A DNA stretch of 37,846 bases, taken from the NCBI RefSeq assembly GCF_001194135.2, contig NC_068988.1, positions 56,209,336 to 56,247,181 on the forward strand, written 5' to 3'. Shown here one piece after another: positions 33,781 to 37,846 of this stretch. The position numbers and the translations under genes were made by a program. This DNA comes from Octopus bimaculoides. Its lineage: Eukaryota. The notes under the pieces were generated by a model. It saw only the letters and a list, made by a program, of their open reading frames with translations. It made no database searches and was not told the DNA's origin. Position 1 is the stretch's first letter; the number at the start of each line of letters is the position of its first letter.

Positions 33781-36263
33781 GTGCGAACAAAAAAATTTGG
33801 TCAGTGTCACCCATCGGAATCGAACCACCCATAAGTATGTAACACTGGATAAACACAGCATATTCCAAGAAATAAATTACAATATCTGAAACATCACTTC
33901 ATCTCAGTCCAGTTTTCAGGGAAACTTTTCTATTTATATTGAAGCAGAATTAATCAATATTAAGTTATTTGCTATGGTGCGTAAGCTCTCGATTAACATA
34001 CTCTGCGCAATGATTTCTAGTCTCACCCACTAGGGTTGTTACCAGATAAACTCTTGAAAATCACATCGTAAAACTTTTTGTTTCTTTAAAACCAAGAAGT
34101 TTGCCAAAAATGTTTCGGTATTCAGTTCTGTAGAGCTCCATTTTATCTCGTTTTCAATTTAATACTCTTAAAGAAAGAAATTATGGCTATATGTCACTCA
34201 TATTTTTCACATCTAATATGTCAGATGTCTTGCGCATCTCATTCGTAAGCGGAAGGAAATTGTTTACTACAAATTTTGGGAAAAATAAAATTTCAGCCCT
34301 TAAAAAAATCATTTCAAATCCACAGACTAGCTTTCCAAAATGTTAATGAAATTGAAAATAACTTTGTCTAAATGAAATTTTCCGAAGATTTTTCGTTTGT
34401 GGAGTAACAAAGCTGTTCAACTGTTATGAAGAAACGTAAAAATATTTTCTAAGCGCCATGAAGTTAAAGAGTTTATTATTAATGATCTGGATCGATTTTT
34501 CAATGCTATTTTAGTAGGAAATAAATCTCCCCCGATGTTTTGGAACCTACTTCCGACAACAATATTAACCGAAACAAAGTCGTATAAAGTGTTTTTGAAA
34601 ATAGTCCAGCACATTATCTCGTGCGAAGTTTTGTGAACCACATTAATAGCAAGAGAGCCCATAGGCTGTAAATAATGTTGGTATTACAATTTTGACCAGT
34701 TTCTTAAGCATTTAGTAAAGAAATAAATCAATTTTACTGTTAAATTGCATGTACATATATTTAACAAAAATATGGTACTTCAGGAGCTGCAAAAGCTAAC
34801 TAGGAGGTTTGTAAGTTGAAATTATTATGGCTATTTTCCTCCGTTATCGGTGGCTCTTCAACTCCGCTTTTCTACTGTTTATACAATGAAATTTTCGATT
34901 TTCCCAAAGAGCACACTTCCATATTTATTGTGCTTGTTCAGTTGCTACAACCATGCACGTAATTTCAGGTCTGAGATGTCGAAGGCTTCTCTGCAAATGA
35001 ATGACATCACGTATGCGTTTTTTTAGGATAATCCTTCAATATTCATTGACAAGATAGATATAATATTTATTTTCTGGAAACATGGCGTTGTTGTTTCTAA
35101 GATTACAAAAACAAAATTGCAAGATACGAAACAGACAACAATAATTACAAGAAAGATTACTAAACGATTTATCTCTATCAAGATGTTATGTAGGGCATAA
35201 TAAATGAAAATTTCGACAACAAAATAACAATAAATGACGCTTTAAACAAAGTAAGTAAGCTATTATTAAAAAGGCAATCGTTTTATTTATAATCATCTAA
35301 AAACACACGTCTCAGATTTTACATGAAGAAATGAAACTCTAAGGAATCAAACTGAAAATTAAATATATCATGGTCTAGAACACTACTTTGAACACTGCAA
35401 CAATCCCAACAGCATGTTGCTAAATTGAGGTCTAACATTTAAGAGACACTTAGTCTAGGAACCTAATTTAGCATAGGGAATTCTATAGCACAAATCTAAC
35501 ATCTTGCCAGTGGAGTGCTACTCGTCTAACACTCAGAAAAACGGAATTGGTTTTGTGTTACTTAGATTCAGAATATATGCGTCCAATATGGACGAGATCT
35601 TCACAGGCAAAATTTATGAAGAGAGTTCATAATACCGCATGCTGATATGCAACTATTGTCTCAAGCACACTAACATGAAAAATGTTAGACTTATCGGCAG
35701 GCATTTCCCTCGCCTGCTATCAAGAGGGACGTTGCTAGCAAAATTAAAAATATCAGGTGCTCGACGAAATACATCCATCATACATGACGACGTTTAAAAA
35801 ATACCTGCCTACAGGAAGGAAAGACAAGTAACTATTCCATCAATGCCAAATATGAAGATAGGACCTGAAAATTTGTAATTGTGCTCGAAGTTTACGTGGA
35901 ATGGGCAGAAATGTCTAAATAGATTCTGCGTTGAATTTGGCCAAATCAGAGACACAAATGTGAAAACTAAATCAGAGTGGAATCCTCTTTCTTTGAACTT
36001 GGCAAGAGTGCAAACCATGCGTCACTCCTTTGCTCATCAGTGGATTTCTGTTGTAATTGGATAATTTGAAAATTGAGAAAGAATGTGCAGGATTACGTAA
36101 AAAGTGGAAATATTTTATATAACTACGAAATACTAATATCGAAATTTTTCAGTTCGTATTCTGAAACGTTGTCTGTAGATAGTTGCATCCAAAAGGAAAT
36201 TGGACACTCGGTTAAGAAATATATACGTTGTAAGGAAATTCGTTATCATTTCATCTCATTTAC

Positions 36264-36323
36264 CTGATAAACACTGAACTTTTAAATGCTTCATTATTAG
36301 TGGAGCCAAGAGTATTGAAATAG
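36264..36323 (-). CDS. Candidate 60-nt symmetric exon
   Basis: Long pyrimidine tract ending TGTGTTTTAG and donor CAG|GTAAAT. Two open frames: ISILLAPLIMKHLKVQCLS or YFNTLGSTNNEAFKSSVFI. Confidence 0.25.
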
Positions 36324-36684
36324 CTAAAACACAGAAATACGAAAGGAAAAGTAGAAATAAAAACAAATGCTCTTTTAAAAGCGTTACTTTCGTCTCTCTG
36401 CGTGTTTCTAGTAAAAATCCTGCTTGAATTAACGCTGTTGTTATGAGGGAAAACATAAAACTCAAAAAGATTCTTCTATTCTCATATGGTGACGTACTTC
36501 AAACTATTGCAACGCATCTGTGAAAACGGTTTCTTTTCCAGTTAACATTTCGTGGTAATAATGACAAAATAAACGAACGTATGAGATATTCAGCACACAG
36601 CTGTGGTGCACCGAGTTTAGAATTAAATTTATAGTAATACGTTTCGCTATGTCTTGCGCGGAAGAGCACCAACACAATGCGAGT

Positions 36685-36715
<31 letters not shown>

Positions 36716-36861
36716 GCGTATATATGCATGTGGATACATGTATTCATGTACATGACAAACACATGTATATATATTCATATATATATATGTTTATATATAT
36801 TCATATATGTATATATTCACATATATATGTGTATATATATGTGTATATATATATGTATATA

Positions 36862-36912
<51 letters not shown>

Positions 36913-37029
36913 NNNNNNNNNNNNNNNNNNNNNNNNNNNNNNNNNNNNNNNNNNNNNNNNNNNNNNNNNNNNNNNNNNNNNNNNNNNNNNNNNNNNNNNN
37001 NNNNNNNNCAGATGTATATATGCATTTAT

Positions 37030-37090
<61 letters not shown>

Positions 37091-37120
37091 CAAGCATACA
37101 CACACATACATATATATATG
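36685..37120. repeat. (TA)n-based imperfect microsatellite field around the 36913-37008 gap
   Basis: Direct reading. Confidence 0.9.
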
Positions 37121-37808
37121 GTTTTTATATATTGTGGCACTGCTCTATAGACGTTCGCTATGAATTTAGTTGTAAGGGAAAAAAAGCATTCCCGTGTACC
37201 ATTTCCTGAGAAATCATTATAACTCTCTAATCTATATTCCAGGTCAGTAAGAATCGCTTTTCTACATGAGATTTTACTTTAGAATACGATATAAAATTTC
37301 AGTCATGCTATAACCTTTCTTTGCACATTGCGCAATATTGCTATCGCAATTTGAATCAGTCACGATATAACAAACATAAAATATTACATTATTACCTTTA
37401 TCGAAAATACTAAAGAACAGAATTTTATTTTAAAATAAAAATGGGTATATGGCTTAAAAAGAATCTTAGAATAACCTATTTAAAAAAAACTAACCAATAT
37501 TATAGAAGTCCGTTATACATAGACCCAATTCGCACATGCAAGTGCATTGGTGTGTGCATGCATGTGCGCGCGCGCGTATGCACCTATGCATATTTGCAAC
37601 ATCTGTCAATGTTTTATTTACTTTTCCTACATCAGTGGCGACGAATTCCCATCAGAGCATGTAGCTGGTTGTGAATACTCAATAATGCCGAAATACATCT
37701 GGTATTCTCGCTGACCTCTGACTGGGCGAACTTACGTCTCTCCCTGATATTCATTGTTTACAACACAGCACGTCCGTAAGAGATGTTATCTCAGGGAGAA
37801 TACCACAA

Positions 37809-37846
<38 letters not shown>

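Overview
AT-rich, microsatellite-dense eukaryotic (animal) DNA from a gapped short-read-style assembly, with eight N-gaps that mostly sit at simple repeats. The recurring tRNA-headed SINEs resemble those I recall from octopus, so a coleoid cephalopod is inferred; no database search was run. The window is dominated by four dispersed retroposon families: an OR-like SINE in head-to-tail arrays, a CORE-like SINE, a Meta-like SINE with variable tails, and a (CAA)n-tailed element. It also holds fossils of mariner, Tigger/pogo, hAT, LINE (endonuclease and RTE-like ends) and possibly piggyBac, plus three long hairpin/foldback elements. I cannot confidently name any host protein-coding gene. The best coding candidate is a Lys/Arg-rich frame at 26157-26467 (+). 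Several small exon-like segments, mostly on the minus strand, may belong to a long intron-rich gene. All long ORFs in the track are artefacts of N-gaps or microsatellites. I found no CRISPR array, rRNA, bona fide tRNA or prokaryote-type system, and no convincing new biological system. The most worthwhile leads are the basic ORF with its in-frame TGA, the hairpins and the SINE architecture. Repeat boundaries were read by eye and are approximate.
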